A model generated the notes under the pieces. That model did not search any database and was not told the DNA's origin. It was given only the letters and a program-made list of their open reading frames with translations. Below, one piece after another: positions 9,164 through 19,430 of a DNA stretch of 64,000 nucleotides (position 1 is the first letter of the stretch; each line of letters opens with the position of its first letter). The stretch lies in contig WFNF01000159.1 in the NCBI GenBank assembly GCA_015488775.1, forward strand, positions 2,988 through 66,987. The letters are read 5' to 3'. Source of the stretch: Helicobacteraceae bacterium (GTDB lineage Bacteria; Campylobacterota; Campylobacteria; Campylobacterales; Sulfurimonadaceae). The position numbers and the translations under genes were made by a program.

Positions 9164-10321
9164 ATGACTAAAGAGTATATATTTACGTCTGAGTCTGTAA
9201 CAGAAGGGCATCCTGATAAGATGGCTGATCAAATCAGTGATGCAATTTTGGATGACATTATTGCAAAAGATCCAACATCTCGTGTTGCAGTTGAAACAGT
9301 TGTTTCAAATGGTTTTTGTATCATTACAGGCGAATTAAAAACAACGGCTTATAGCCCAATGCAAGATATAGTAAGAGGTGTAGTAAAAGATATAGGCTAC
9401 ACTGATGCAACTTATGGTTTTGATCATAGAAGTGCTGCTGTGATGAATGCTATTGGTGAACAATCTGCTGAGATTAACCAAGGTGTTGATCAAGAGGATG
9501 GAGATATTGGAGCAGGAGATCAAGGTTTAATGTTTGGTTACGCTTGTAAAGAGACACCTGAACTTATGCCTTTACCTATCTCACTTGCACATAAACTTAC
9601 ACATAGACTTAGTGTAGTAAGAAAAGAGGGAATTATCCCTTACTTACGTCCTGATGGAAAAGCACAAATAAGTGTAAGATATAGAGATGACAAGCCTGTT
9701 GAAGTTGAAACAGTTGTTATCTCAACTCAACACCATGAAAATATAACACAAGAGCAAATTAGAGAAGATGTTATTAGAGAAGTTATAAACTTTGTTATAC
9801 CATCTGAATTGATAAGCGAGGATGTTAAAATATTTATAAATCCAACAGGCTCATTTGTTGTTGGTGGACCTCAAGGTGATGCTGGTTTAACTGGTAGAAA
9901 AATCATTGTTGATACTTATGGTGGTTCATGTCCTCACGGTGGTGGTGCTTTTTCTGGGAAAGATCCAACAAAGGTTGATCGTTCAGCTGCATATGCTGCT
10001 AGATATGTTGCAAAAAACCTTGTTGCAGCTGGTGCATGTGAAAGAGTTACTATACAAATAGCATACGCAATTGGTGTAGCACAACCTGTTTCAATTATGG
10101 TAAATACACATGGAACTGCTGTAGTTTCGGAAGATAAAATAGAATCATGTGTTGATGAACTATTTGACCTTTCACCAAAAGGGATTATTACAGAACTAGA
10201 TTTACTTCGTCCTATATATAGAAAGTCTGCGGCTTATGGACATTTTGGTAGAGAGTTACCAGAATTTAAGTGGGAATCAACTCCTAGAGTTGATGAGATT
10301 AAAAAGTATCTATCTATCTAA
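9164..10321 (+). CDS. metK: S-adenosylmethionine synthetase
   Basis: 385 aa. [53 protein letters not shown]. Confidence 0.95.
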   Translation: MTKEYIFTSESVTEGHPDKMADQISDAILDDIIAKDPTSRVAVETVVSNGFCIITGELKTTAYSPMQDIVRGVVKDIGYTDATYGFDHRSAAVMNAIGEQSAEINQGVDQEDGDIGAGDQGLMFGYACKETPELMPLPISLAHKLTHRLSVVRKEGIIPYLRPDGKAQISVRYRDDKPVEVETVVISTQHHENITQEQIREDVIREVINFVIPSELISEDVKIFINPTGSFVVGGPQGDAGLTGRKIIVDTYGGSCPHGGGAFSGKDPTKVDRSAAYAARYVAKNLVAAGACERVTIQIAYAIGVAQPVSIMVNTHGTAVVSEDKIESCVDELFDLSPKGIITELDLLRPIYRKSAAYGHFGRELPEFKWESTPRVDEIKKYLSI

Positions 10322-10335
10322 TAATATAAATTTAA

Positions 10336-10395
10336 CTTCAGCCTCGCCGAAACTATAAATAAAACAAATGGCGAGGCTGAAGCCTCACATCCAAA
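10336..10395. repeat. REP-like element copy forming a 13-bp stem (CTTCAGCCTCGCC / GGCGAGGCTGAAG) downstream of metK; possible terminator
   Basis: Perfect inverted repeat 10336-10348 / 10370-10382. The right arm continues as gcgaggctgaagcctcacatcc, the same core found at 19311-19332 and, diverged, at 63240-63262. Confidence 0.6.
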
Positions 10396-10578
10396 ACATA
10401 TATAACACATACAATTTTATAAAATAGCTTGAGTAAAACTAAACTTCAATAATGGTTATCATTACCTATATTAGGGAAGTATAGCGATTTGTAACACTAG
10501 TAAAAAAATTGAAATAAATTTTAGTTTAATTTTACAAATTATGGGTTATACTACTCAAAACATATTTAGGAGATTTAA

Positions 10579-10938
10579 ATGGCAGTAATTATTAATGACA
10601 CATGTATCAATTGTGCAGCGTGTATTGACGAGTGTCCAGTAGAAGCGATAGTTGACGAGGACGATAACCCAACGGGTGAGGAACTTTACTATGTTTACCC
10701 TGATAAATGTGTAGAGTGTGTTGATCATCATGATGAGCCAGCATGTGCTACTGCATGTCCTACTGAGGGTTGTATAACTTGGGATATGCCTTTTACTGCT
10801 GATCATAAAGATTTCTTTTCAGCTGGTAACTATGTAGATGGTAAAAACTATGTAATTGAAGATTCTGACACAGAGCAACCTTTTGTTGCAAGTGTATCAG
10901 ATGATGCTAGATCAAACCGCGAACCTGTTGTAGAGTAG
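10579..10938 (+). CDS. 4Fe-4S ferredoxin with acidic C-terminal extension
   Basis: CINCAACIDECP and CVECVDHHDEPACATACP cluster motifs. Confidence 0.85.
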   Translation: MAVIINDTCINCAACIDECPVEAIVDEDDNPTGEELYYVYPDKCVECVDHHDEPACATACPTEGCITWDMPFTADHKDFFSAGNYVDGKNYVIEDSDTEQPFVASVSDDARSNREPVVE

Positions 10939-11105
10939 TAACTCCTATACAGACTTTTGTGAGTGTCTTATGACACTTACAAGCTTTCATTTTATCCACT
11001 TTCACCGCCTACTATTAAGACTTTTAAACACTTACTTTTAACTTTTATAAAAAAAATAATATTTTTATGGTATAATTGCGCTTTATTTTATTCTTAGGAG
11101 TATTG

Positions 11106-11519
11106 ATGGAACGTACACTATCAATCATTAAGCCTGATGCAGTTGCAAAAGGTGTTATTGGCAAAATTTTAGATCGTTTTGAAAGCAATGGTTTAAAAAT
11201 CGCTGCAACAAAAAAACTTCAACTGTCTCAAGCAGATGCAGAAGCATTTTATGCTATACACGCTGAGCGTCCTTTTTTTAGAGACTTAGTTGACTTCATG
11301 ATTTCAGGTCCAGTTGTAGCAACTGTTCTTGAAGGTGAAGGCGCTATGGCTAAAAACCGTGACTTAATGGGTGCAACTAACCCAAAAGAAGCTGAAGCTG
11401 GAACTATTCGTGCAGACTTCGCAGACAGCATTGATGCAAATGCAGTTCACGGAAGTGATTCTGTAGAAAATGCAGCTATCGAAATAGCGTTTTTCTTTTC
11501 TGAAAGAGAAATTTCGTAA
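11106..11519 (+). CDS. ndk: nucleoside diphosphate kinase
   Basis: [13 protein letters not shown].., NAVHGSDS active-site His motif. I prefer ATG 11106 (preceded by taggag) over the ORF-track start at 11076. Confidence 0.95.
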   Translation: MERTLSIIKPDAVAKGVIGKILDRFESNGLKIAATKKLQLSQADAEAFYAIHAERPFFRDLVDFMISGPVVATVLEGEGAMAKNRDLMGATNPKEAEAGTIRADFADSIDANAVHGSDSVENAAIEIAFFFSEREIS

Positions 11520-11524
11520 TTTAA

Positions 11525-11875
11525 ATGCATATTCCTTTTAGAAGAGTTACATCAATACCTCATGATTTTGATGAGACGCAAGATGGTTTAAACTTAAAAG
11601 GAAACGTTGTTTTTATGCAAAGAGCTGAAGCTAGACTTATCGCAAACCTAAAAGGTGATACAAATGTGCAATGTTACAGATGTGGTGATGAGTTTAGCCT
11701 AAATATAAATGAAAATTTAGACTTTTTAGTATATGATGGCGTTTACAAAGGTGAAGAGTTAGATGTAATTGAGTTGGAAGATTCAATTGTAGACTTTTCA
11801 CAGATTTTACAATCAGAGGTAGAATCAATAAAGAGTGATTATCACTTATGTGAAAATTGCAAAGATAATGATTGA
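11525..11875 (+). CDS. YceD/DUF177 family protein
   Basis: 116 aa. Two CxxC pairs (CYRCGDEF, CENCKD) and the conserved position immediately upstream of rpmF-plsX-fabH. Confidence 0.7.
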   Translation: MHIPFRRVTSIPHDFDETQDGLNLKGNVVFMQRAEARLIANLKGDTNVQCYRCGDEFSLNINENLDFLVYDGVYKGEELDVIELEDSIVDFSQILQSEVESIKSDYHLCENCKDND

Positions 11876-12033
11876 AACATCATTTAGATAAAAAACCTTA
11901 AAAACTCTCAAAAACTTATGTTTTTGTAGCTTTAGGGGGTTATAGGGACTTTATTCCCTGTTGCTTTTATGGATTTTATTCATAAAAACAATTAAATTAA
12001 GTAAAAAAACACAAACCCAAAAGGAGTCCAATT

Positions 12034-12183
12034 ATGGCAGTACCTAAAAGACGTGTATCACACTCAAGAAGTGCAAAAAGACGTACACATTACAAAATCA
12101 AGCTAGCAAGACCTGTAAAAGACAGTGATGGAACTTACAGATTACCACACCACATCAACCCAACTACTGGTGAGTACAAGTAG
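12034..12183 (+). CDS. rpmF: 50S ribosomal protein L32
   Basis: Below the ORF-track length cutoff. My translation is [49 protein letters not shown]. An aaggag RBS sits 7 nt upstream, and the stop TAG overlaps the plsX GTG. Confidence 0.9.
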   Translation: MAVPKRRVSHSRSAKRRTHYKIKLARPVKDSDGTYRLPHHINPTTGEYK

Positions 12184-13178
12184 TGGTAAAAATTGCGATT
12201 GACGCAATGGGTGGGGACTTTGGTCCCGAACCAATTGTAAAAGGTGTTATAGAAGCTTTAAAAGAAAAAAAGTTTGAACCTATTTTAGTTGGTAAAAAAG
12301 ATGAGATTTTATCTCTGTTACCTAAAGGTTATAAAGATAAGATTTCTATAGTAGAAAGTGATGATGTAATCTCTATGAGTGATGCAGCAACTGACGCACT
12401 AAAAAGAAAAGAAAGCACTATATATAAAGCAGTTGACTTAGTTAGAAATGGTGAAGCAGATGGTGTTGTAAGTGCTGGTCACTCTGGTGCTACAATGACT
12501 GTTGCAACTATGAGAATGGGTCGTATTAAAGGTGTTTTACGCCCTGCACTAGTTTCACTTATGCCAACAACTCAAGGTAAAAGTGTTTTACTTGATGTTG
12601 GTGCAAATGTTGACTGTAAGGCTGAAAATTTAGCTCAATTTGCAGTTATGGGCGAATTTTACGCTAAAGATATGTTAAGTATTGAAAATCCTAGAGTTGG
12701 ACTTTTGGCAAATGGTGAAGAGAAGAGTAAGGGTAATGAAGTTACAAAAGAAGCCTACCAACTACTAAAAGATGAAGAAGCTTTTATTGGTAATGTAGAG
12801 GGAACTGATATATTTAACTCAGAGTGTGATGTTATAGTATGTGATGGTTTTGTAGGAAATCTTGTTCTCAAATCTGCTGAGGGTGCTGCTGATACTATTA
12901 ACTATTTTATAAAGCAACGCATAAAAAAATCTCCAATAGCTATTACAGGTGCTCTTTTAATGAAAAGAGTGTTTAAGATGCTTAAAAAGCAGATTGATTA
13001 TGCTGAGATAGGTGGTGCTCCACTTGTTGGTATAAAAGGTTGTGCTATTGTAGCTCATGGAAAAAGCAATTCTAAAGCTGTTAAAAATGCTATTTTTCAA
13101 GCAATTAGATATATTGATACAGGTGTGAATGAACATATAGAAAACCGTTTAGCACAACAAAAAGAGCAAAAAGCTTAA
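12183..13178 (+). CDS. plsX: phosphate acyltransferase PlsX
   Basis: 331 aa. IAIDAMGGDFGP.., SAGHSGATM, DGFVGN. Confidence 0.95.
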   Translation: MVKIAIDAMGGDFGPEPIVKGVIEALKEKKFEPILVGKKDEILSLLPKGYKDKISIVESDDVISMSDAATDALKRKESTIYKAVDLVRNGEADGVVSAGHSGATMTVATMRMGRIKGVLRPALVSLMPTTQGKSVLLDVGANVDCKAENLAQFAVMGEFYAKDMLSIENPRVGLLANGEEKSKGNEVTKEAYQLLKDEEAFIGNVEGTDIFNSECDVIVCDGFVGNLVLKSAEGAADTINYFIKQRIKKSPIAITGALLMKRVFKMLKKQIDYAEIGGAPLVGIKGCAIVAHGKSNSKAVKNAIFQAIRYIDTGVNEHIENRLAQQKEQKA

Positions 13179-13206
13179 GCTTTTTGTATAAACTTTAAGG
13201 ATACAC

Positions 13207-14202
13207 ATGTACGCTGCACTTCGCTCTATAGGAGCATATATACCAAAAAAAATTCTTTCAAATGATGACCTTAGTAAATTAGTTGACACATCTGATGAGT
13301 GGATAACTAAGCGTACTGGTATAAAAGAACGTCATATAGCTGATGATAGTGAATTTACATCTGATTTAGGTGTAAAAGCAGCTTCTTTAGCAATTGAACG
13401 CTCTGGTATAGATAAAGATGATATAGATATGATTATCGTGGCAACTATCTCTCCTGATTATTTTAATATGCCATCAACTGCAACTGTTATTGCAAATAAA
13501 CTAAATCTTAAAAATATTACTGCATTTGATATATCTGCAGCCTGTACAGGTTTTGTTTATATACTTAGTATTGCAAAAGCTTTTATAGAGTCAGGAATGA
13601 AAAAAAATGTACTTATAGTTGGTGCAGAGAAGCTAAGTGCTATAACTGACTATAGCGATCGTGGAACTTGTATATTGTTTGGTGATGGTGCTGGTGCTGC
13701 TGTTATAGGTGCTACTGAAAATAAAGACGAAGCTATAGTTGATATCCATACTGGTAGTGATGGTTCTTATGCAGATTTACTAATGACACCAAATGGTGGA
13801 AGTGGTTCAGCTCATGATGCACTTGATCAAGAAAATGCTTCTTGTTTTATGCAGATGAAAGGTAATGAAACATTTAAAGTTGCTGTTAAAACACTTACAA
13901 GTGATGTTAAAGATATTTTAATAAACAATAATATGACTTCAGAGCAAATAACTCATTTTGTTCCTCATCAGGCAAATTATAGAATTATAAAAGCTGTTGG
14001 TGATGCTTTAAAACTTAAAGAGGAGCAAGTTGTTTTAACTGTTCATAAGTATGGAAATACTTCTGGGGCTTCTATCCCTATGGCTATAAACGACATATAT
14101 GATGAGGGAAAACTTAAAAAAGGCGATATGCTATTACTTGACGCTTTTGGTGGTGGACTTACTTGGGGAAGTGCCTTAGTTCCTTTTTCCCCTCTAAAGT
14201 AA
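13207..14202 (+). CDS. fabH: 3-oxoacyl-ACP synthase III
   Basis: 331 aa. Active-site Cys in [15 protein letters not shown] and GNTSGASIP motifs. Confidence 0.95.
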   Translation: MYAALRSIGAYIPKKILSNDDLSKLVDTSDEWITKRTGIKERHIADDSEFTSDLGVKAASLAIERSGIDKDDIDMIIVATISPDYFNMPSTATVIANKLNLKNITAFDISAACTGFVYILSIAKAFIESGMKKNVLIVGAEKLSAITDYSDRGTCILFGDGAGAAVIGATENKDEAIVDIHTGSDGSYADLLMTPNGGSGSAHDALDQENASCFMQMKGNETFKVAVKTLTSDVKDILINNNMTSEQITHFVPHQANYRIIKAVGDALKLKEEQVVLTVHKYGNTSGASIPMAINDIYDEGKLKKGDMLLLDAFGGGLTWGSALVPFSPLK

Positions 14203-14553
14203 TTTCTGTAAGTTTTTTATAAATTCATCAAAGCTTTTTAATTTTAAAGAGCTTTCTCTTTGTTTTTTACCCCACATTGGTTCGGGAAAATAGCTATCTT
14301 CCTTGAATCTTGCGGATATATGCCAATGTACATGTGGTAACATATTTCCAAATGATGCTAAGTTTATCTTTTGAGGTTTATAGTAAGATATCATCTCTTT
14401 TTCAATAATATCTAAAACCCTAAAAATCTCGACTTTTTCATCTATCTTACATTCGCTAAACTCTTTTATAACTCTTTGTGTAAACACTTTTAACCAAGGG
14501 ATTTCACTTTGTTCAATCTCAATTTTAATTAAATCATTTTTATAAATAGACAT
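14194..14553 (-). CDS. HIT-family nucleotide hydrolase/transferase
   Basis: 119 aa. Histidine triad [11 protein letters not shown]. Confidence 0.8.
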   Translation of the reverse strand: MSIYKNDLIKIEIEQSEIPWLKVFTQRVIKEFSECKIDEKVEIFRVLDIIEKEMISYYKPQKINLASFGNMLPHVHWHISARFKEDSYFPEPMWGKKQRESSLKLKSFDEFIKNLQKLL

Positions 14554-14802
14554 TTTTTATCCTCTACACTTTTTCTACACTTTATATTGTTATTATACCA
14601 CTATGAACACAAAGAGAAGGTTATTTTAAAGTTTAAACTTTAAAATTTCAAGCAAACACAATCCTGATTATCACTCCTTAGCAATTCTCTTTGTGTCTCA
14701 TAAAATTCACAGAAAATCAAATTTTACAGCTTTTTTTTACTTTGAATAAGTAATATTTAAATATAATAAGAGCTAAATTATATATTAAAAACAGGAAAAT
14801 CT

Positions 14803-16314
14803 ATGTTAAAAAAACTATTATTAACCCTTAGTATTTTTTCTGCCGCACAAGCCATGAATACGCCTTTAAATACGCCAAAAAGAACTCTAAATGCAAATTA
14901 CACTTTAAACTATTTAAAAACACCAAAACCTACAAATAATTTTTTGGATATCTTTAACGAAGGCAGTTTCTACGGTAGATTAAGAAACAATAATTTCAGC
15001 TACTCTTGGTCACTTCAAGATAATAAACATGGTGATCATTTTATCTCAGGAGTCGGTGGCTCGCTAGAGTTTAAAACTGCTCCATATAAAAAAGTAAGTT
15101 TTTCAACTTCGTTTAATTATACAAGAGGGATATTTAATGAAAATGATTTAAGCGTTCTTCTTTTAAAATCTGGTAATGATGCACTATCTAGATATGATTA
15201 TTTGAATGAGGGTAAAAAAGATATTGCAGTTTTCGCTCAATTATATGTAGATTATGAGCCAATTAAGGATACTCACATAATTTTAGGAAGACAAATTATA
15301 GAATCATTTTTTGCCAAAAGTAATGATAGTAAAATGATTCCAAATACTTTTGACGGATTAGTATTAGATAGTAAGATAGATGATAATCTAAATATTAAAC
15401 TTGCTTATCTTGCAAAGCAAAAACTTAGAGACCATTCTAAAATGCACTCAATTTTAGCTTATGGAGATATAAATTCCCCTAATCCTACAGATATATTTAA
15501 ATACAATGACGATTCAGTGATGCATAGAGGTCTAACACACACTAGATTAGATAAAGCAGGTGTAAGTTCATCCGCACCACTAATCCTACTTGACTCAACA
15601 TATAGACCCATAGACACACTGAAATTAAATCTATCAGCATACAATGTTCCATCTCTACTTACTAGTGTGATGGGTGAGGTTAAATATAAAATCTATGAAA
15701 ATGAAAATCTAAGCATAACTCCTGGATTTAGATATATACATCAGTTTGATAATGGTGCTGGAGCTATTGGTGGTGCAAGTTTAAAAGGAACGTTAGCTGG
15801 GAAAACTGGAGCACAGTTTGGTTATAAAGATGCTCAAAGCTTAGACTCAGATATGATAGGTGCAAGGTTAGTGAGTGTATATAAAAACATTAGACTAAAT
15901 CTTGCATATACACATATATTTGATGAAGCTGACTTAGTAGCACCTTGGCGTGGTTTTCCAACATCAGGATACACAAGATCTATGGCAATATATAATTGGC
16001 GAGCAAATATGTCATCATACAGAGCAGAACTAAAATTTAATCTTGATCAGAATGGAATCTATGAAGACACTTATGTGCAAACATCTGTTTTATATATAGA
16101 TGGTGATCAAGATAAATCTCAAAGCGATGCAATGTATTATTATTTAGGATTTATTCAAAATATACCAAGTTACAATAATTTATCTTTAAGATTAAGATTT
16201 GGTTATAAGGATGCAGTTCTTGGAGATTTTAGCTTTTCAGATATAACAGATCCACTTTCAGATAAAGCATTTGACTCTTTAGATACTAGGTTTGAGATTA
16301 ACTACTTATTTTAA
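14803..16314 (+). CDS. outer-membrane beta-barrel porin (OprD-like guess)
   Basis: Signal peptide MLKKLLLTLSIFSAAQA, alternating beta-strand pattern, C-terminal RFEINYLF with terminal Phe. Confidence 0.6.
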   Translation: MLKKLLLTLSIFSAAQAMNTPLNTPKRTLNANYTLNYLKTPKPTNNFLDIFNEGSFYGRLRNNNFSYSWSLQDNKHGDHFISGVGGSLEFKTAPYKKVSFSTSFNYTRGIFNENDLSVLLLKSGNDALSRYDYLNEGKKDIAVFAQLYVDYEPIKDTHIILGRQIIESFFAKSNDSKMIPNTFDGLVLDSKIDDNLNIKLAYLAKQKLRDHSKMHSILAYGDINSPNPTDIFKYNDDSVMHRGLTHTRLDKAGVSSSAPLILLDSTYRPIDTLKLNLSAYNVPSLLTSVMGEVKYKIYENENLSITPGFRYIHQFDNGAGAIGGASLKGTLAGKTGAQFGYKDAQSLDSDMIGARLVSVYKNIRLNLAYTHIFDEADLVAPWRGFPTSGYTRSMAIYNWRANMSSYRAELKFNLDQNGIYEDTYVQTSVLYIDGDQDKSQSDAMYYYLGFIQNIPSYNNLSLRLRFGYKDAVLGDFSFSDITDPLSDKAFDSLDTRFEINYLF

Positions 16315-17546
16315 TCACTTAAGCCTATCATAAGATATTTTTGAAATTCGGATATATTTATCTTATGTTCTCTAATATATTTTTCAATCTCAGACATATC
16401 AAAGTTTTCTATCGCAAGAGTTAAGGCAAATATCTCGCCCAACTCACCTTTTTTATCTAAAAGTGCTTCTCTTATTTTTTTATCAACATTCAGTTTTTCA
16501 AAAATCTGATCAAAAGGTACTAAAAATATACTTTCAAGTAAAGATACCAAAGCTAAAAAATGTATCTCTTCTAACTTTTGATTATCAACCTTAGTTGAAG
16601 CCTTACATAACTCTTTCATTAAAGTACATCTTTGCTCAAGGTGCTTAACTGATGGATGATTTTTTGAAAGTGGTTTTGAGGTATTTATAGAGTATAGAGT
16701 TAAAAAAAGCCATGCACGAATTTGTGTACGACCTAAAAGAGTGATAACCCTACTCATAGACTTAACCTCCTCCTTAATACTAATAGAAGCAGAGCCAATA
16801 TAGCGTATGAGCCTAAGTGTTAAGTCTGGCATCTTTTCAAACTCTGATACAAGTTCTTTAGTTGAGGCATCAGTACTTAAAAGATTACACATCTCAATAA
16901 TAGCGATATCTGATGCAGATATAGTTTGACCTTTTACTAAGATAGGTTTTGAAAAAAAGTATCCTTGAAAGTAAGATATACCACTATCTTTAAGATCTCT
17001 ATATTCACTTTCACTCTCAATATGTGTTGCTATAATTTTTTTATTTCTACTTGATACTTTAAAAAGAGTTTTATAAAGATCTTCTCTTGAGATATTTAAT
17101 ATATTTATTTTTATATATTCTACATAATCACATAAATTTTCTAAACTTTCAAATGCGTCAACATTGCTATTTTCAATACAAAAAGCAAATCTATAACCAT
17201 CATTATGTAAATCTTTTATGTAGGGTAAAACCTTATCTAAATCTAAATTTTCTTGAAGTTCATAAACTACAAACTCTCTAGGCATAGATCTTGCCATATC
17301 GTGACTTAAAAAAGCATCATCAACGTTGATAAATGCTAATGCAGACTCACCTATAACTTTTTTTAAACCTTTAACATTTAAAAGGTTATTTACAACACTC
17401 GCAGTAGCATTTTTAACCTCATCCATCTGTAAAACATCAGATCTATAAAGCAATTCATAAGCATAAATCTCTTCATCAACACCAATTATAGGCTGTTTAC
17501 CTAGCAATACTATCTCATCTAAATTTTCCATAAAACAATCATACAA
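16311..17546 (-). CDS. EAL + HDOD domain signalling protein (COG3434-like)
   Basis: N-terminal EAL-like region (GKQPIIGVDEEIYAYELLYRS) and C-terminal HDOD-like region (LRLIRYIGSASISIKEEVKSMSRVITLLGRTQIRAWL). Confidence 0.7.
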   Translation of the reverse strand: MYDCFMENLDEIVLLGKQPIIGVDEEIYAYELLYRSDVLQMDEVKNATASVVNNLLNVKGLKKVIGESALAFINVDDAFLSHDMARSMPREFVVYELQENLDLDKVLPYIKDLHNDGYRFAFCIENSNVDAFESLENLCDYVEYIKINILNISREDLYKTLFKVSSRNKKIIATHIESESEYRDLKDSGISYFQGYFFSKPILVKGQTISASDIAIIEMCNLLSTDASTKELVSEFEKMPDLTLRLIRYIGSASISIKEEVKSMSRVITLLGRTQIRAWLFLTLYSINTSKPLSKNHPSVKHLEQRCTLMKELCKASTKVDNQKLEEIHFLALVSLLESIFLVPFDQIFEKLNVDKKIREALLDKKGELGEIFALTLAIENFDMSEIEKYIREHKINISEFQKYLMIGLSD

Positions 17547-17555
17547 TATTTAATA

Positions 17556-18929
17556 TTAAAAAATACTAGCTACTCTAGTTCTCATATTTTTTAGCACAAA
17601 AACTTTAAACTTTCTATAATTTATATTATTTGCAATCTGCTTTGTATATTTATCAAAATCAAGATTTATTTTTTTTCTTCTAGTATCAATACCCTCTGGT
17701 AAAAGTGTTTTTAATGCCTCAATAGACTTATAGTAAGTATCTTTATCCAATACATCTATCATACTGTAAACACTATGATTATCTATAGTATGAGTATTTT
17801 CACTTAATCTTGAAAATTCTAAACCTTTTATATCTAGTTGAACTAAAGACAACTCTTTGATTTTTACAATTGCGTCAACAATATTTGTATTTTCTAAAGA
17901 TAATTTTTGTAAATTTAGATTATACAATTCAAATTTTTTACTTATATTTGAGTTTGTTATAGATAATGAGTCCTCTTGTGCTTGGGCATAATATATAAAA
18001 TCTAAACCAACAAGTTTATCTATAAGTAGATGGCTTTGTTTATACATTGAAACCCTGTTTAGCAATGTTGATCTAATTTTACATGTTCTAATGCTAGAGT
18101 TTGAAAAAACTTTAACAGCATACATCTCTAAAGATTCTAGTTTTGAACTTAGAATTTTAAAAGATTTAAGCTTAGTTGAGCTTATATCTAAACTTGAACT
18201 TTTAATCTCATCAATAAATAAAGACTCTATTTTTGACTCTTTTATATTTAGAAGATCAAAATTTGACTTAGATATTATAGTTTTTTTAGAAACTAAAGAG
18301 TTTAGATTTAATTTTTTATATAGAGATTTAATTATATTAAAAGAGCTGATGTTATTATGAGAGATATTAACCTCTTTAACTCTTGTGCTTTCAATAGACA
18401 AACTAGCTAACTTTGTGTTGTGTATGTTTAAATTTCTTATATTTGAGCTTTCTATAGATACATCATTATAGCCAGCTTTATCAATTTCTAGTGATCTTGC
18501 GTAACATCTATCTATTTTCAAAGACTCGAATGAACAATTATTAAAAACAACATCTTCAAACTCAATATTTTCAAAACTTACATTTCCATAAAATTTTGCA
18601 AAAGAGAAATCAACTTTTTTATTGAATTTTAGCTCTTTGCCCTTTTTAAAAAAAAGACTATCTTTTAAAGATACATATGAATCAAAGTAAACCTTACTTG
18701 ATGAAGTCATCTCTTTTTGTACCTCTTGAAATGGTGGAAATATAACATAAGATAGATCTATAACATCAATAGAGTTTTCAACTCTATCTCTTAACTCTTC
18801 GTAAAAAGCTAGAGTATAAGCATACTTCCATCTGCCATCTAGCACCCACTTACTTTTATCAGTATGTAAAATACAAAAACCATCTTTTTTAACAAAATTA
18901 TCATTTTTCTTACAAATAGTACAACACAT
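17556..18929 (-). CDS. Cys/His N-terminal module + long pentapeptide-like (beta-helix) repeat protein
   Basis: 457 aa. MCCTICKKNDNFVKKDGFCILH, then about 250 aa with a 5/10-residue hydrophobic periodicity (VSFENIEFEDVVFNNCSFESLKIDRCYARSLEID..NIRNLNIHNTKLASLSIESTRVKEVNISHNNISSFNI). Confidence 0.5.
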   Translation of the reverse strand: MCCTICKKNDNFVKKDGFCILHTDKSKWVLDGRWKYAYTLAFYEELRDRVENSIDVIDLSYVIFPPFQEVQKEMTSSSKVYFDSYVSLKDSLFFKKGKELKFNKKVDFSFAKFYGNVSFENIEFEDVVFNNCSFESLKIDRCYARSLEIDKAGYNDVSIESSNIRNLNIHNTKLASLSIESTRVKEVNISHNNISSFNIIKSLYKKLNLNSLVSKKTIISKSNFDLLNIKESKIESLFIDEIKSSSLDISSTKLKSFKILSSKLESLEMYAVKVFSNSSIRTCKIRSTLLNRVSMYKQSHLLIDKLVGLDFIYYAQAQEDSLSITNSNISKKFELYNLNLQKLSLENTNIVDAIVKIKELSLVQLDIKGLEFSRLSENTHTIDNHSVYSMIDVLDKDTYYKSIEALKTLLPEGIDTRRKKINLDFDKYTKQIANNINYRKFKVFVLKNMRTRVASIF

Positions 18930-19261
18930 AAAATCTCCTAATTAACTTTTTATATACGAGATTTTAGTAGATTTAGAGCTTTAAGACCATATCAAAAGTG
19001 ATGTTAATTTCAAACTTTATACTTGCATTAATAAACCTTAATCTTGTGTATTTAAAAATATAAAAAAATATTTTTAAATACATTAGCTATAAAATAAAAT
19101 AGAGCTTAAATTAAAACTATTTATACTCTGTAAAATATATATATAAAAATATATATTAACAACATTGTAAAGATAAAAGATTTTGAAGCTTAGATATAGA
19201 TAAAAAACATCATGATAAAATCGAGAAATTTGGCTAAAGTGAGTATAAAAAAGCGTTTCCA

Positions 19262-19420
19262 CATCGAATGTGGGACTTTAGGACGCTTTTAAAGCAAATC
19301 CAACACAAGAGCGAGGCTGAAGCCACACTTCCAAAGAGAGAAAAAATTACACTGGAGGTGGGACTTTAGTCCCGCTTTTAAAGCAAATCCTACACATTTG
19401 CGAGACTGAAGCTCTGCATA
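19262..19420. repeat. two tandem ~88-nt REP-like units
   Basis: Unit 1 (19269-19331): tgtgggactttaggacgcttttaaagcaaatccaacacaagagcgaggctgaagccacacttcc. Unit 2 (19357-19418): ggtgggactttagtcccgcttttaaagcaaatcctacacatttgcgagactgaagctctgcat. The region lies between the chitinase stop and the next gene. Confidence 0.8.
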
Positions 19421-19430
19421 TAAACCCAAA

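Noticed and set aside
19262-19420. Possible CRISPR array
   Set aside because: There are only two ~88-nt units, which is too long for CRISPR repeats. There is no repeat-spacer alternation and there are no cas genes in the window.
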